Assembly (NCBI GenBank): GCA_973895155.1
Contig: OZ316895.1
Location: 9,350,184 to 9,414,183 of the forward strand
DNA from: Marsupella aquatica
Taxonomy: Eukaryota > Plantae > Marchantiophyta
Length of the DNA stretch: 64,000 nucleotides
Reading direction: 5' to 3'
Within the stretch, counting starts at the first letter, position 1; every line of letters starts with the position of its first letter. Made by a program: the position numbers and the translations under genes. The notes under the pieces are model-generated. The model worked only from the letters and a program-made list of their open reading frames with translations. It had not been told where the DNA came from and did no database searches. Below, in pieces: positions 49,301 to 61,800 of this stretch.

Positions 49301-52300
49301 GTCCACCCCTGAATTGCTGTATTGATACTTTTATATTATGATGATGCCTTCTGGAAATCGAATGAGTCCGAGACGTACTCTGAACCGTACTCTGAACTAA
49401 CATGTTTATTTGGCTCTTTGCAGCATGCACTGGTTGTTCTTATTATACAAGAAGATCATGAATGATTTACCTGCGTGCCATCATCTTGTAATGAATTGTC
49501 ACAGAGCAGATAACCTCTATGCATGCTCGGTCAGCCTGATCCCAGACAGAACTTTTGTGAGTCTCCGGGTCCAGTACTTCTATGATAATGCGTACTCTCC
49601 GACGATTGCGAGACGAATTGATACAGAATCGGTGGACTGCCAAAGCCCTTACAATTTGAGCAGCATCCTCGACTTGGTGGTTTTGCTGGGACAATCAAAG
49701 TGAACGAATCCGTCATTCACTCCCATGTATAACAGACTGAATTCCGACCAGCTGAACCCATCGATTTCTCTTCAATGGTGGACTAGTCCAAGGGCACATG
49801 CGTTACATTATAACTATATATCCTTACTAAGACTTTCCCCAAGATGTGACACAGCCAAAATGGAGACTTACTTCTGATTCTTCGTCAGCGAGTAGGAAGA
49901 AAGCAGCTGCTTCATCAGCATTCACACGCTCTAAATCTGATTGGCGGACAGGTGACCCCTCCATGAACTCAACATAGCCATTGTACAGAGCGAGAAGCTG
50001 TTTGAGTTCAAACCTGTCCACGACGAAGCACATGTGAACCAAAGCTGACATTCTTTTGGAGAGAAGCAATAGATAACAGTTGACGCCTGTCTGAAATCGA
50101 CAGTATCGTCCAAGCATATCAACCTCACAATGTAAAGGAAACAGATATTTGGTGTATACGCAATATCATGGCTGTCGGGAAAGAGAACTCACGATGGAGT
50201 GAAGGGAGCCAATATGACAACCCTCAGAGGGTAGGTATCAAGATCTGGACGATCACAGATAATATTAACACATCAACGCTATCATAGCGCATTTACTTAC
50301 ACTTACATCCAATTAAAGAGAATTACAGCCTGCTCTTCATGATCGCTTGAAAAAGCAGGAAGAAAGTTTCACAGATTCCGCACAATTTCTATTTTTTAGA
50401 AGTGGAGGACGGTGTGGGACACATCTATTTGGTCAATTTTCACTTCTACCTCTTTCAAGTAAATCATGGCCATGTGTCTTATTTGACTGGCTTCAGAAGT
50501 TCATGTTTGCGACCTGTGGACTCGGAATAACCAACCCTGGAACAGCAGATTGGAATAATCAAACATTCACTCTAAACCACTGGTAACACTATCGAGAGGA
50601 GCGACGAATGTCGTTTTGCAGGAAACTTACCTTCAGAATGAGTTGGATTGTAAAACTCCGCCAGGAAACTCTGAATTGCTATGAATGTTATGCTACCGCT
50701 AATAATAAGAAAGCGACTCCCGTGAATTTTTGTTGAGTTAAATGAACCACCGTAAGGCCTGCAATAACCCAGTTTCAAGTTCATTAACTGAAGGAACCGA
50801 TTTCTAGAGCAAAACAATTGGCATGATAGTCTCGAGCAAAGTTACTTCCAATGACTGTCACACCAAACATGGGACGTGGGCAATAGTTTTGTCAAAACTC
50901 AAAATAACCGAGCCAAACTCTACTTCTAGACACCCATCAGAATTATTTTATGAATCTAAACATACATCACACTGCCAGACAAAAGAAAGCGCCAAAACAA
51001 GAGACAAGATCTCAAAGAAAGGAGACCCAAGAAGGGAGAGAAAACAAGAGAAACCCCAGGACGACCAAAGAACCAGAAAGCTAACGTATATCTTTACTAC
51101 TTTTCGTCTAAGAGATACAATGTGCTAATGACTTACCTGCGGTATGCCAGAGTAGTAATATGACCGATCTGAAGGGGCAGAATTGTAAGGGCAGCAATAA
51201 TAGTGACCACAGCAATCAGCTGACCTGCCACTGTTTTAGGAGTAATATCTCCATAACCGACTGTTGCTACCTGGAGGTGTCCGACGAAAATAAGAGAATT
51301 AAAGTAGATAATGACATAGTAGATCAATCTGCAAATCAAGCTCGACTTTGGCTATATGATATTCCTCACTGGCCCAAAAAAAGTCAGCTCTCTACTCTAC
51401 GCTTGACACAAATGCGAGTCACACCTCAATCTTTAGCCAACGCAGATGTGATGTTAAAACATTCAGTGGCAGAATAGCAAGCTACATGGGATTCGTAGAG
51501 CCTGAGCTAATCTCACGTACCGTTACTATGAGGAAATACAGCGACTCCCAGAAGGTTAAGCACCCTAGGGCGGGACAGGAAGCTTTTCTTGACGATGAGG
51601 CTAAGTGATATTCCGCCCATTGAAGGAGCCCAGCATCCAAGAAAACTGCGACATAAAGCATACAGTAGCTCAGAAAATATATGTATAACTAAGCTATTCT
51701 CATCTATCCGTTCTCAGTTTGGATCTTCGTAGTAAAGGCCCAGCTGATACTTCTGTGATGAATAATCTCTCCTGCTAAATCGAGCCATTTCTATTAATTG
51801 TGTGTCATGGTCGATTGCACCCATGTGAAGACAGAAACGCTCCAACTCAAAACTGAAAGGAACATCAGTGACCAAGAAGAAGCTTACTAACACCCAACGT
51901 GGTAATTGACAATACTACGATCTGTTGAGTCACCGAGCTCCCAAAGAAGCTCCATTTTTTGTTGAACGAAAAAATCCTGATCATAGCCATTGCAATCTTC
52001 AGTTCGGGAGCAGCTGCCAGTTGCTAGTATTAAGCTGAGTTAAATAAATGAATCAGTTCCACAAGCAGCAGCGACGATGGCTGATAACTCACACGCATAA
52101 GATGTCCTTCAAGGCAGTTTATTCATCTGTAGCAGTTTGTAGCTTGTCACGGTTATTACGGAGACCAAACATTTCCAAATTAATTTGTCCAATCCTTAAG
52201 CTTTCGCGTACTGTACTAGAATTGCTAGATTTGATGTCAACAGGGATATGAATGTAAATCATCAAGTCCGAAGAAAAGCCAAAGAAAATACATTCTATGT

Positions 52301-55300
52301 GAGCCTCTTAAGTTTGTGACATAACCTGCGAAGCTTATAAACCAGCTTACCTTGCAAGCCGTATAAACGTCAACAGCTCTAAGAAACTATAACCGTAGAT
52401 ATGTGGTCTGCAACGAGGTAAAACAGTGAGTAGTTCATATCTTTCACCTGATGTTGCAGTTCTCAAGAGCTTTCCAAACCGAACAACTTAGATCGAAAGA
52501 CTCAGTCTCTTGAAGCCATAGCACTGGATTACTACATCTGAAAGTTTTGGAAGTAGATGTTTTGGTGCTTAACGTATCAATGTGGTTCATAGCTAAACCA
52601 GACCTAAACATCCCCTTAGAAAGATGGCATGCTTCACTTCAAGAACACTTTTGGGTTTACATGTGTATATCAAACTCACCTGAAAACTAATATAATTGGA
52701 AGAAAACTCAAAAAATCAATCACTCCCCAGACTGAAAATACGAAGTAAAGCTTAACTGGCTCACTGCAAAGAAGCCCAAAACGGCGAAAGATTTAGTGAG
52801 TCAGATATACATTGTTAACCTTAAAGTCATTAAAAAGTCGTACTTTGTTACTTCGTCATGCAAACTACTAATTTGTATCGTTAAGTAATTTCAGTATCTC
52901 TTCAAAATGCATCCAATAAGATGTCTATAATTGCTCGACAACACATTTTCAAAAATTCAGTCTCTACAGTGCGCTGTTAACTGTTGAATTGACTGTCTAG
53001 CTTCTCAAAATCATACAAGGGAAGGTTGGTTACCTAATAACTCGCAAGACGTAGTCAGCAAGAAATGTAAAACTGATGGCATTCTGTAGTCGAAAGGCCC
53101 AGTTGTGGCGGAGATCTGGGTTGTACCTGCAATAAGCCACACCATTTGCATCAAGAGAGCTACTAGCTTCATATCATACTTTAACGCGTTCGGAGCTCCA
53201 CATGAAACGTCGAAAAACTTTGCTGTAATGCCATGAATATCCCATCCGAAGTGTATATTTTAGCTAACTCTAGTTGCGAAGGTCATATTTGATGTCAGAC
53301 AGAAGGACATTAGACTTACGTGGAGTAAACATAGAGAACAGCCGAGAGTACCGCCAGCACAAGCTCCAACTGCTCCAACGACCCACAGATCCAAAGTGCA
53401 TTACTAAGATACCCTGCTTAACCATGAAAGTGATCAAGCAAAAAGAACGGAAGTCGCTAAAAAACTACACCTAAGCTGTCGAAAGATTGGATTTCGTGAA
53501 ATGGGGAAGTCCACCACAATAATCGTCAGAACCTGAAATGACGGCAGAGCTCACAAAACTAATAGCTACCACCGCACATAGCAAGACTGAATGTTCTTAA
53601 AGTAAGGGTAAGCTTTATGAGGTGTAGCGCTTTTCTCAGCTCCTGGCTCCAACGAGAGTAACACTCGAGCGAATTCTCTCCATGCAAAGCTTCGCAAGTC
53701 ATTATTAATTTTAGCAAAACTAAAGCAGGTCCAGCAAGCCTATCCAGAATGGCAACTGCTGACCGCTGCAACCTGAGGGATTTAGACCCTTCAGCAAGGC
53801 TCAGAAGATTGCTTCCGTGCAATTTTTGCTTTTAGGAAATAGAGTATATATACGAAGACCATTTTTAGCATCGTTGGCCAAACCGCCCAAGTAACTTTCT
53901 GCCTACACCTTCAGGTGCGTAGCTTTTCCTAAACTAGTAGGAACATAAATATCTTCTGGGGTGGTGCGCATCAGAAATATTGTTGATACTTTTACACCCC
54001 GCTAAGTCCTTTGACCAGTAGGCCCTCCCTGGGAAAGAAAAAGATTACAGTATTGGAAAAACAGATTTCACTTTTATGTTTTTAGGCCAACAAAACCTAG
54101 TGCCAAATTATATGATTGTCATCAATCTGAGGTACAGAAAAGCAGCATCAGAGAAAGTATCACAAGGATGGGATCAGAGGCTGCCAGAGAAACGCTTCTC
54201 ATCCAGATTTAGAGTCTATAAACTAAACAGCAAGTTAAGCTCCCTGGCAGTTTCCGTGTCCAATAGCTGTCGTGTGCACGCTGCTGGGGATAGAGGAAGC
54301 GAAAACCTTCCAAATAAGAGGGAGGACTGGCCAAATGTGCAGGAACTAGGGACGAAATGAAGGACATCCCTTAACAAATTCAAGCCAGGCCTCAATTTCT
54401 AAGATTCAGCTTCAGCTTCAACATGCTGACAAAAATAATGGGCAGATCAGTGCATAAGTGGTGCAAAGCTGGCAAGTCACCTGCGGCAGATTTAGAATCA
54501 TCGCCTGTGACCACATCCTGTTGTGTTAACCCATATCCACCTCCTGAAAGGAGCATCACAAGACATTTATATGCAATTTAGTTGGGTCAAGCAGAGTGTG
54601 GATATTGATAGCTCAAATATCCAACGACTGGGAAGCAGGACAGCATGCCAGATGTCTTCTAAATTACCTACCTATTACATATTCACCCGACTACTCTTTG
54701 GTAACACGATCGGTATACCAAGGAGGTCAGATAATTACATTAACGAACGGGAAGACTTAGTTTTCTATCAAAAACTTTGAGAATAATCTCACGTAGAAAG
54801 AAGAAGGAAGTGAGGTGTGTTGAATATATCCATTAGCCCCAAATAAAGAAGAAGTTTTCAATACTCTATCCACAGAAGGGGCGCAGAGCACAGAACCGGG
54901 GCATCAAGAAGGGAGACAAAGAGAATCTCACAAAACCAAGTGGAGATACACGTGTGATAAAATTCATTCACGCACATTCGAGCACGTGGAGAGAAGATTA
55001 CCACATACAGATGATAAAATGAGGGTTCGAAGGCCAATGAAGTCAAGAAGACTAGCTGGCACCTCATTACACGATGGTATTATGATATTCAAAGATGCCA
55101 CAAAATGGCATTGACAAGAATTAAACCAAATTCATACAACAAGCGTCAAAATCTTTGCGCCCCATGTGAGAGGAGAGTGGAAAAGGCTTACTACTCCCAT
55201 GGATCCCAGCCTCAATGCATCATCCCCACGATACTAAAAGCATTACTGACTCGAAGGTGATAGACCCCTACTACTAGATGTTGTATGCACAAGAAGACAA

Positions 55301-56649
55301 TTTTATAACGAATCAAAGTAAGTTTACTAACGCCACGACAATGATGAATCATTTCACCATCAATGCTATAACCAGAAAGCGTCAAAGCCTCGTCAGGATA
55401 TAGAGCTCTGAAGTAGATTATCTGGTCGTAGCTCGCAATAGCAACTAACGTAAGAACATGTTTTTGCTAGGAAGTTGCCATTCACCATTGGTTCGAAGTC
55501 TTGGACCCAAGAAGAATGCATTATTAAACATCTCCTCATGTTCCCTCATATAGAAAAGAAAGTTTTAGTAGGACTCACTTCTCACCAAAACCTTAGGGCC
55601 GCAGGGGCATTCTCGCCTATCCAGTCCTGAGGAGTACAGTGGTCGGCTTCACCACAACGTGAAAATTTTCCCAAGTTCCAGTGAGCAGCAGAGTCTCATG
55701 ACGATAAATGTCATGTGAAAGGCATGAGGTCAATACAGAAGAAAGTTGCAGCTCGAAAATGCCTCTCATGTAATTAAAAAAGGTAAACTGTATGTCTCGG
55801 CTGATTAATTAGTATTTGTCACTGTCAGATTACAAAACCGCTCACCGAATGAACTACAGGATCAGATGTCTTGTTGCATGAGATACCAAAATTTCGGGAA
55901 TTCTCCCCGCCTCTTTGTACAAAGTTTTTCTGAACCTTACTGTCTTACTTTATCATCTTCCGTTTGTATGGGAGCAAACGTTTCTAGACATGCTGGGAGC
56001 GGCGATCATCGAGAACGGTATCAAATGAAGGGATGCTTATCAGCATATTGGCATGCACGCGATCACGGGACTTCAACATAATGAAGTCCCGTGATAAAGC
56101 TGATTCGAGGAGTTGTCCCAACTTTGATCAAAAGCAGAAAAGAAAGGGGATAACTATGCGAAGCAACATCATGCAGTCAGACCTCAGCAATGAGTCTGAA
56201 TAAATTCTTACCACATTCCAAACTGTCCCAAAAACTCCACTCCTGATAGACGCCCTGAGTTTGACACTTAATGGCACTTCACCGAACAGAAAGGAATCAT
56301 GATATGTTCGTAGAACTGATGGACTCGCCTCAATTTGCTTCAAGACTTGTCTGTTATTCCAAGTACCAAAACTGTCCTTTGCTTTGAGAGCATAATAATG
56401 CCAAGCGTCCCAAGTTGCCAAATTAGAGGCGTCCTCCCTTACGCCTTTCAACCCTAGATTTGGCATGGCAATACTATATTGTGAGGTGCTTGTAGATGCA
56501 GATGATACAGTCCCCTCATTTCCAGGTTGTCCAGGCGAGGATGCTGGATGGTGTGGAGATTCGGCCGGGGGGGTGCTATCTACGTCTCCTGTGTCCAATT
56601 TTCCTGTTCCACGTCTCGCAATCAATCTTGACAACTTTGAGGAAACCAT
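46320..56649 (-). CDS. BK/Slo-family (calcium-activated-type) potassium channel, 16 coding exons, 1148 aa
   Basis: GT-AG exons 56212-56649, 53320-53369, 53034-53126, 52680-52763, 52351-52407, 51888-51976, 51521-51645, 51137-51270, 50631-50758, 50193-50244, 49872-50013, 49471-49685, 48784-48952, 47484-48501, 46753-47095, 46320-46629 (3447 nt, all phases consistent). S1-S6, pore FWESLYFLIVTVATVGYGDITPKT, RCK1 (FMEGSPVRQSDLERVNADEAAAFFLLAD), RCK2 (FLKGSPHYELDLLRGG), C-terminal YVLTNPRPDCIVNPDDRVYIL. Confidence 0.95.
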
Positions 56650-57667
56650 GATTGCAGAATATCCTCTGCTGCAATGGAATTACGAGACAAAAGTGCATCA
56701 CATGCGAAGGATGCGTATCAAACAAAGTATTTCGACAGCTTATCTGACAGCTCCAAAGCCGACAGAAGTATTCATTCGATCCGATTCAATCGTATCCGAC
56801 CCTAGCTAATCTGTAAGATGTGTATCACGCAGTAGAAGATTCCCGAGCGAAGAGGGCTCTCCGTAACATAAGTGTCGTCCGTTCGTCCGTCCGCAGGGAG
56901 AAACCGCACGGGACAGGGGAAGAAACCGGGCGGGATTCTTAATGTCTGTCAGTTGCTTGTTAAACCATGATAACCGGGGTCCCGATTGCCGCAAACATTC
57001 AAATGAACTGCAGGAGCCATCAAGCCAGAAGTTCAGTAAGTCAAATTCAAGCACGACTGAATTCAAAGATCACTGAATGCCGAAAACCCCGTGCACATGT
57101 TATGTAAAGCTCACATTTCTGTGCTGCATTTCAGCAAAATTCTTAACACTAATGTAGTCTACAGCGAACCGAAACCGAGACAGAATGCGAGTAGATCGAG
57201 CTAGGATTTCTTGACGGGAGCTTGAGGAAATGCTTGGACCTGGTTGCAAACGACTTAAGCGAGATCGCAGAGTGTTAATTGATAGAGCTCAGATTGATGT
57301 GCGGAGCTTCAACAAAAAGCTTCAACCTCACAATGCAAACGAACAGACGCATCAAACAAGCGATAACAAAGACTCAGTGAGAGAGGGAGAAAGGGAGAAA
57401 GGGAGAGAGCTCACATTCTCACAACGAGAGATGAAGCTCCAGCACCAACACTACAACGAGAGAACCAGATGGCCAGCCAGCCAGCGGATGAGCTTGGCTG
57501 GCTTGCTTCTTGGCCAGGGATGGAGTCCAGGGGATGTGCACAACGCTTTTCGAGGCAAATAGTGCAATAATAGTGCAAACCATATAAAATGTCGGTTTAG
57601 TTCTCAAAGCTGGGTGAAAAGTGTAACCCGTTGACGTGGCTATCTCTATTGCCACCTGGCCATTTCC

Positions 57668-57960
57668 CCTGTCGCCCTAGTGTCTAGACGGGGCATTTTC
57701 CCCTCAACCGGTTGTTTGCCCTGTCACGGTTGGTTTCCCCTATCACCCTTGTTTCTCTTTGGACACCACTTTTTCGTGTCACCCTAGTCTCTAGATGGGG
57801 TATTTCGCCTCGACCGGTTGTGTCCCCTGTCAACTTTGTTTCTCCTTGCACGCCACTCTTTTCCCTGTCTAGAGGGGTGCATTTCGCCTCAACCGGTTTG
57901 TTTCCCTTGTTACCCTTGTTTCTACTCGTACACGACTCTTTCCATGTCACCCTTTGTTTC
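57668..57960. repeat. Three diverged ~85-105-bp tandem units just upstream of the channel's probable TSS
   Basis: TCTAGA(C/T/G)GGG..(C/T)ATTT(T/C)(C/G)CCTC(A/G)ACCGGTT at ~57683, ~57790 and ~57868. Confidence 0.75.
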
Positions 57961-58459
57961 TCCTTGTTAATACCCTTTGCTTCTCCTTGTTCATACACAC
58001 GTGTGCCGCAGCATTATTGTCTATGGAGATTCACTTGCTCATGAATATTGAATTGGTTTTAGAACTTTCCAAATACACAAAATAACAGGAAAGAACAATT
58101 GAGTATCCAAAGGATAAGGAAGACCACAAATTGACTTACTTGTGTCAGACTCATAAGTTTTATACAATAGTCCAAAAAATCTCAAATTAGCCTAAGTCCA
58201 AGAACTACTGTGGCTCCGTGAGTCGGTTATAAAAACCGTAGGTGCCCCGTGCTACCCGTAGGCAGTTTAAAATAGAAAATATTGTGCAGTAAACAAAAAA
58301 TACTATTTATTATATACCCTTAACAGAATAATATAGGGCATCGACAATGTTAAGTATCAACGTCATGGGATCCCCAAAACGGCATCAAACCTAATCGTGC
58401 AAAGTATTTTCCATATTACTGTCAAAAACATACCCCTTTGCTCACTGCCTGCTATTCTA

Positions 58460-58625
58460 AGGAGTGCCCCAAAGTCTAGTAAAGCCATCCTTACCGCCTA
58501 CACGTCTCATCTTAATGTAAAGTAAAGAGTGCCCCCGAAGTCTTGTAAAACCATCCCTACTCTTCACACGCCTCCCTTTAACTAATGTTAGGAGTGCCCC
58601 TTATGTCTTTCAAAGCCACCCTTAT
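58460..58625 (+). repeat. Three diverged ~65-bp tandem units
   Basis: GAGTGCCCC...GTCT...AAA(G/A)CCA(T/C)CC at ~58462, ~58527 and ~58592. Confidence 0.7.
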
Positions 58626-58640
58626 ACTTTGTACATGTAC

Positions 58641-58730
58641 TCTGATTGGGTTTCTTACTCTGATTGGGTTTCTTGCCTGAGTGATTTGTCTCCCGGTTGG
58701 GTGTTTTTTTTTGGCAGTTTGATATATAAA
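58641..58730 (+). promoter_or_regulatory. Promoter-like module (duplicated inverted CCAAT, CCCGGTTGGG, TATATAAA), homologous to 25650-25720
   Basis: CTCTGATTGGGTTTCTT x2, then GCCTGAGTGATTTGTCTCCCGGTTGGG...TTTGGCAGTTTGATATATAAA. Confidence 0.45.
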
Positions 58731-60009
58731 TGTAAGGGGCGCTTGCACATTTGTGAGTCCGAGAGCCCGAGCATATTTCGACCACTCCCAACTCGTAGCC
58801 GCAAACTCAGCTCCGATTGCCGGCGGGAACTCAAATGCTTCCTCATCAACTGCCTCTTTCCGGCACATTCCCGTACGTGAAGAACTTGCGGCAATCAGCA
58901 CCAGGCCGGGATGCCAGCCCCCTTTCCGTCCCTGAATGGCGTGGGGACAACTTACTACCCACCGTTGATTTTCCACAGTACACACCAAGAGAAGGAACAA
59001 AGATGAACGGCCGTCGACTGTGGTCATGGTCCTAGTAGTGGATACCGGCACGGTTCCCATAGCAACAACCATGTCTGGGGGTGATTGCATCATCACCAGG
59101 TGTCTCAAAGCTGAAAATTTGATTGAATATAATTATCTAGTTATGGACACAAAATGTTTTAGAGTACAAAATTCATAGTCCATAACTTTTTGCCATAAAG
59201 ATTGATTTTATGCCATACCCATTAGTCACTGTAAAGGCTGGTACAAGAAAAAACAAAATTATACAATCTTGTGAAAAAGTTATGACCTTTTGCTTATGAC
59301 CAAATGTCATCATCCCTAATTTCCAAGCTTTGAGATGCCCTAATGTACTGACAAAGCCGAGCCTTGAGAGAACTGGAGAGGTACTTGGATCATTAGCATC
59401 TTATATTATCAGGGGATTGCTGGTACATAATGGACGGCCCAGATCCATGACATCAAAACAAAGGTGAGGTTGTAAATGTGTTCCTCCAAGACTGAGTATG
59501 GCCCTCTCTTTTGCGGTAGTTGGTGTTGTAGATGTTCTTTGGGTGTGTAACACTCTAGCTTTGTCACCTTGCGCCTTTAGTTACTGTTATTACCTTTTCC
59601 CTCTTGACTGAAAGTGTTTGTTCACTGAGTGGTTTGTGGCCTTTATTCCTGTTTGGGTCGACCGTTTACTCCCGGTGTTTTCCTGGGTTTTACTTTTGTA
59701 GAAGTAAAATGTTCCTTTCAAGAAAAATGAATGTGTTCCAGGATCACAAGCCCCGGTGCACGGCCATTTATCTAGTTCACCTAATCTCCAGCATTTCAGG
59801 TACTTATGTAATGAAACATAATTGAAAGTTAAGAAAAGGTTCTAAGATCTAGAGTGAAACCTGTAGAAAATGACTCTAGGGCACAGCTATCGTGTGTGTG
59901 TGGTGTTAGGGGGGGGGGGGGGTGAACTAGCTGGAAAATGACACAATAACACTCATCATGAATATTTATGAGCTAAGCTCTGGCATTCGGGCTAGTGTAC
60001 TAAAATTAT

Positions 60010-61250
60010 CCAGTGTGTGATATGTTACCCCACTTGGACACAGGCTGACTGCATGGTTTCGAACTACATTAACGCCAAAGTATGGCACCATACACTGCCA
60101 TTCATGTCGTTCATGAAGTCCGATAGAACTGGACCATATATTCATGTATCTACTGAATTGTTCAACATGCAACCCTGCATGCAACATATTATCCCAGTTG
60201 GGCACATTCATTTACATCGACCAGCATTTCATGCTTCAACTACTGACTTTTCCAATGTGCGAGAGGTTATCACATAGCCTGACTGCATTGTGCCACCATG
60301 TACTATGGTAACACCAAAACTACTGTTCATGTCATTCACCTAGTCCAGTCCTGCCAGCTATATTTTTCTTGTTTTGGAAAATTGGCCAAGGTGGCTACTA
60401 GGTCTGGAAGGAGGGCACTCTATAGTATTGGTGGTGAAGCATCTCTGTTCAATACCAATAGTCAGCTCTACAGTACTTTCTGGCAAACCCTCCAACTTTG
60501 GATTCAATCAATTGGTGGCAAATGCATGGAGTTTTTCATACTTATAGCCCAAGTATCATTTGCCAGTCCATTTAAGGCAGGTTCTTGGTATATCTTTGGC
60601 TAAAAAAAATGGCTCTCTGACATTTCATATCATGTATTTATTGAATTGGATGAATTATCCAATCCAATGCATGATAATTATGCTACTCCAATGGGAGATA
60701 TGTTTACCCCACATTGACATAGGTATCACCCATGTATCTAATGCATTATCCAATGCATCCCTGTAATTGCACATAAAAAACCAACAACATCATATCATAT
60801 GTACTTAGAATAACTCTCATTGATTTAAACAAATTAATTGAATTTATCATGATATAAAATGACATACATAGTATATTGTCACATTTGGATGTGCAATTAG
60901 TGGGACACTTATTCAATTGTGTGATATGTTAGCCCACTTTCACACAAGTATCACTCAGGCTGACTGACCCGCTGTTTCACCATGCACTATGGTAACGCCA
61001 AGGCACAGCACCATGGTGTACCATGCACAACTGTCCTTCTTGTTGTCCAGCAGAATGGGAATGTATACCAGATCATGTATTTATTAAATTGAATGAATTA
61101 TTAAACCCAATGCGTCATAATTAATTATGATTTTCCAATGGGAAATAATTATGTTTGCCCTACTTTTCCACAGGTATCACCCATATATGTACTGCATTAT
61201 CCCAATGTTTCATATGTTACCCCCCCCCCCCCCCCAGTCACACTCTTACT
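60010..61250 (+). repeat. Diverged repeat array containing CpG-depleted copies of 62605-62725
   Basis: GCTGACTG...CACCATG(C/T)ACTATGGTAAC(G/A)CCAA blocks at ~60043, ~60277 and ~60959. CATGTATTTATT(G/A)AATTG(G/A)ATGAATTAT...AGGTATCACCCAT blocks at ~60631 and ~61074. Confidence 0.75.
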
Positions 61251-61318
61251 ATGAAAGCGCCAACTGAAGCCTACTCTTAAGGGCCTAGGTCTAGAGGGTC
61301 TAGGTGAAGCCTCTAGAC

Positions 61319-61590
61319 CAGGGTATTCTTTAAGTGCAAATTTTAGCCAAATTCCACCTCCCCCAAAAATGTTTGCCACTTTTGGCTAATATTTGCTACA
61401 TTTTCTGACACCATTAGCCACTCTTCCACCAAATCATGAACCCCATTAGCCAGAATCTAACGGTCCTCCTTAAATCTAGAGATATTTGATGGTCACGATT
61501 TAATGAAATAACAACTGATAGAGAATATTTCTAGAATCTCCTCCCTTAGAGAAGCAAACCCTCTCCACACTGGCTAAAATAAATTAGTTT
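61319..61590 (+). mobile_element. Dispersed MITE-like repeat, copy 2 (see 3277-3517)
   Basis: Colinear similarity to 3277-3517. Confidence 0.6.
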
Positions 61591-61602
61591 GTGGACCCCC
61601 TA

Positions 61603-61800
61603 TTAATGGAAAGCTTCAGACGACATCAACTCCTTGAACTCCTGAAAGTCCACCTTCCCATTACCATCCGCATCGACTCCCTTGATCATCTGTTGACACT
61701 TCTTATAACTATGTCCTTCTTTCATGCCCATGCTCTTCAACACCATCTACACGTAGATGAGGCCCTTACTGAACCCTGCTAAGCTTGCTTCTCTTTCGTT
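61603..61800 (-). pseudogene. Calmodulin-like (CML) C-terminal EF-hand fragment
   Basis: Minus strand ...GLIYV*MVLKSMGMKEGHSYKKCQQMIKGVDADGNGKVDFQEFKELMSSEAFH* with a canonical EF loop DADGNGKVDFQE. In-frame TAG at 61747-61749 and a disrupted preceding EF hand. Confidence 0.75.
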
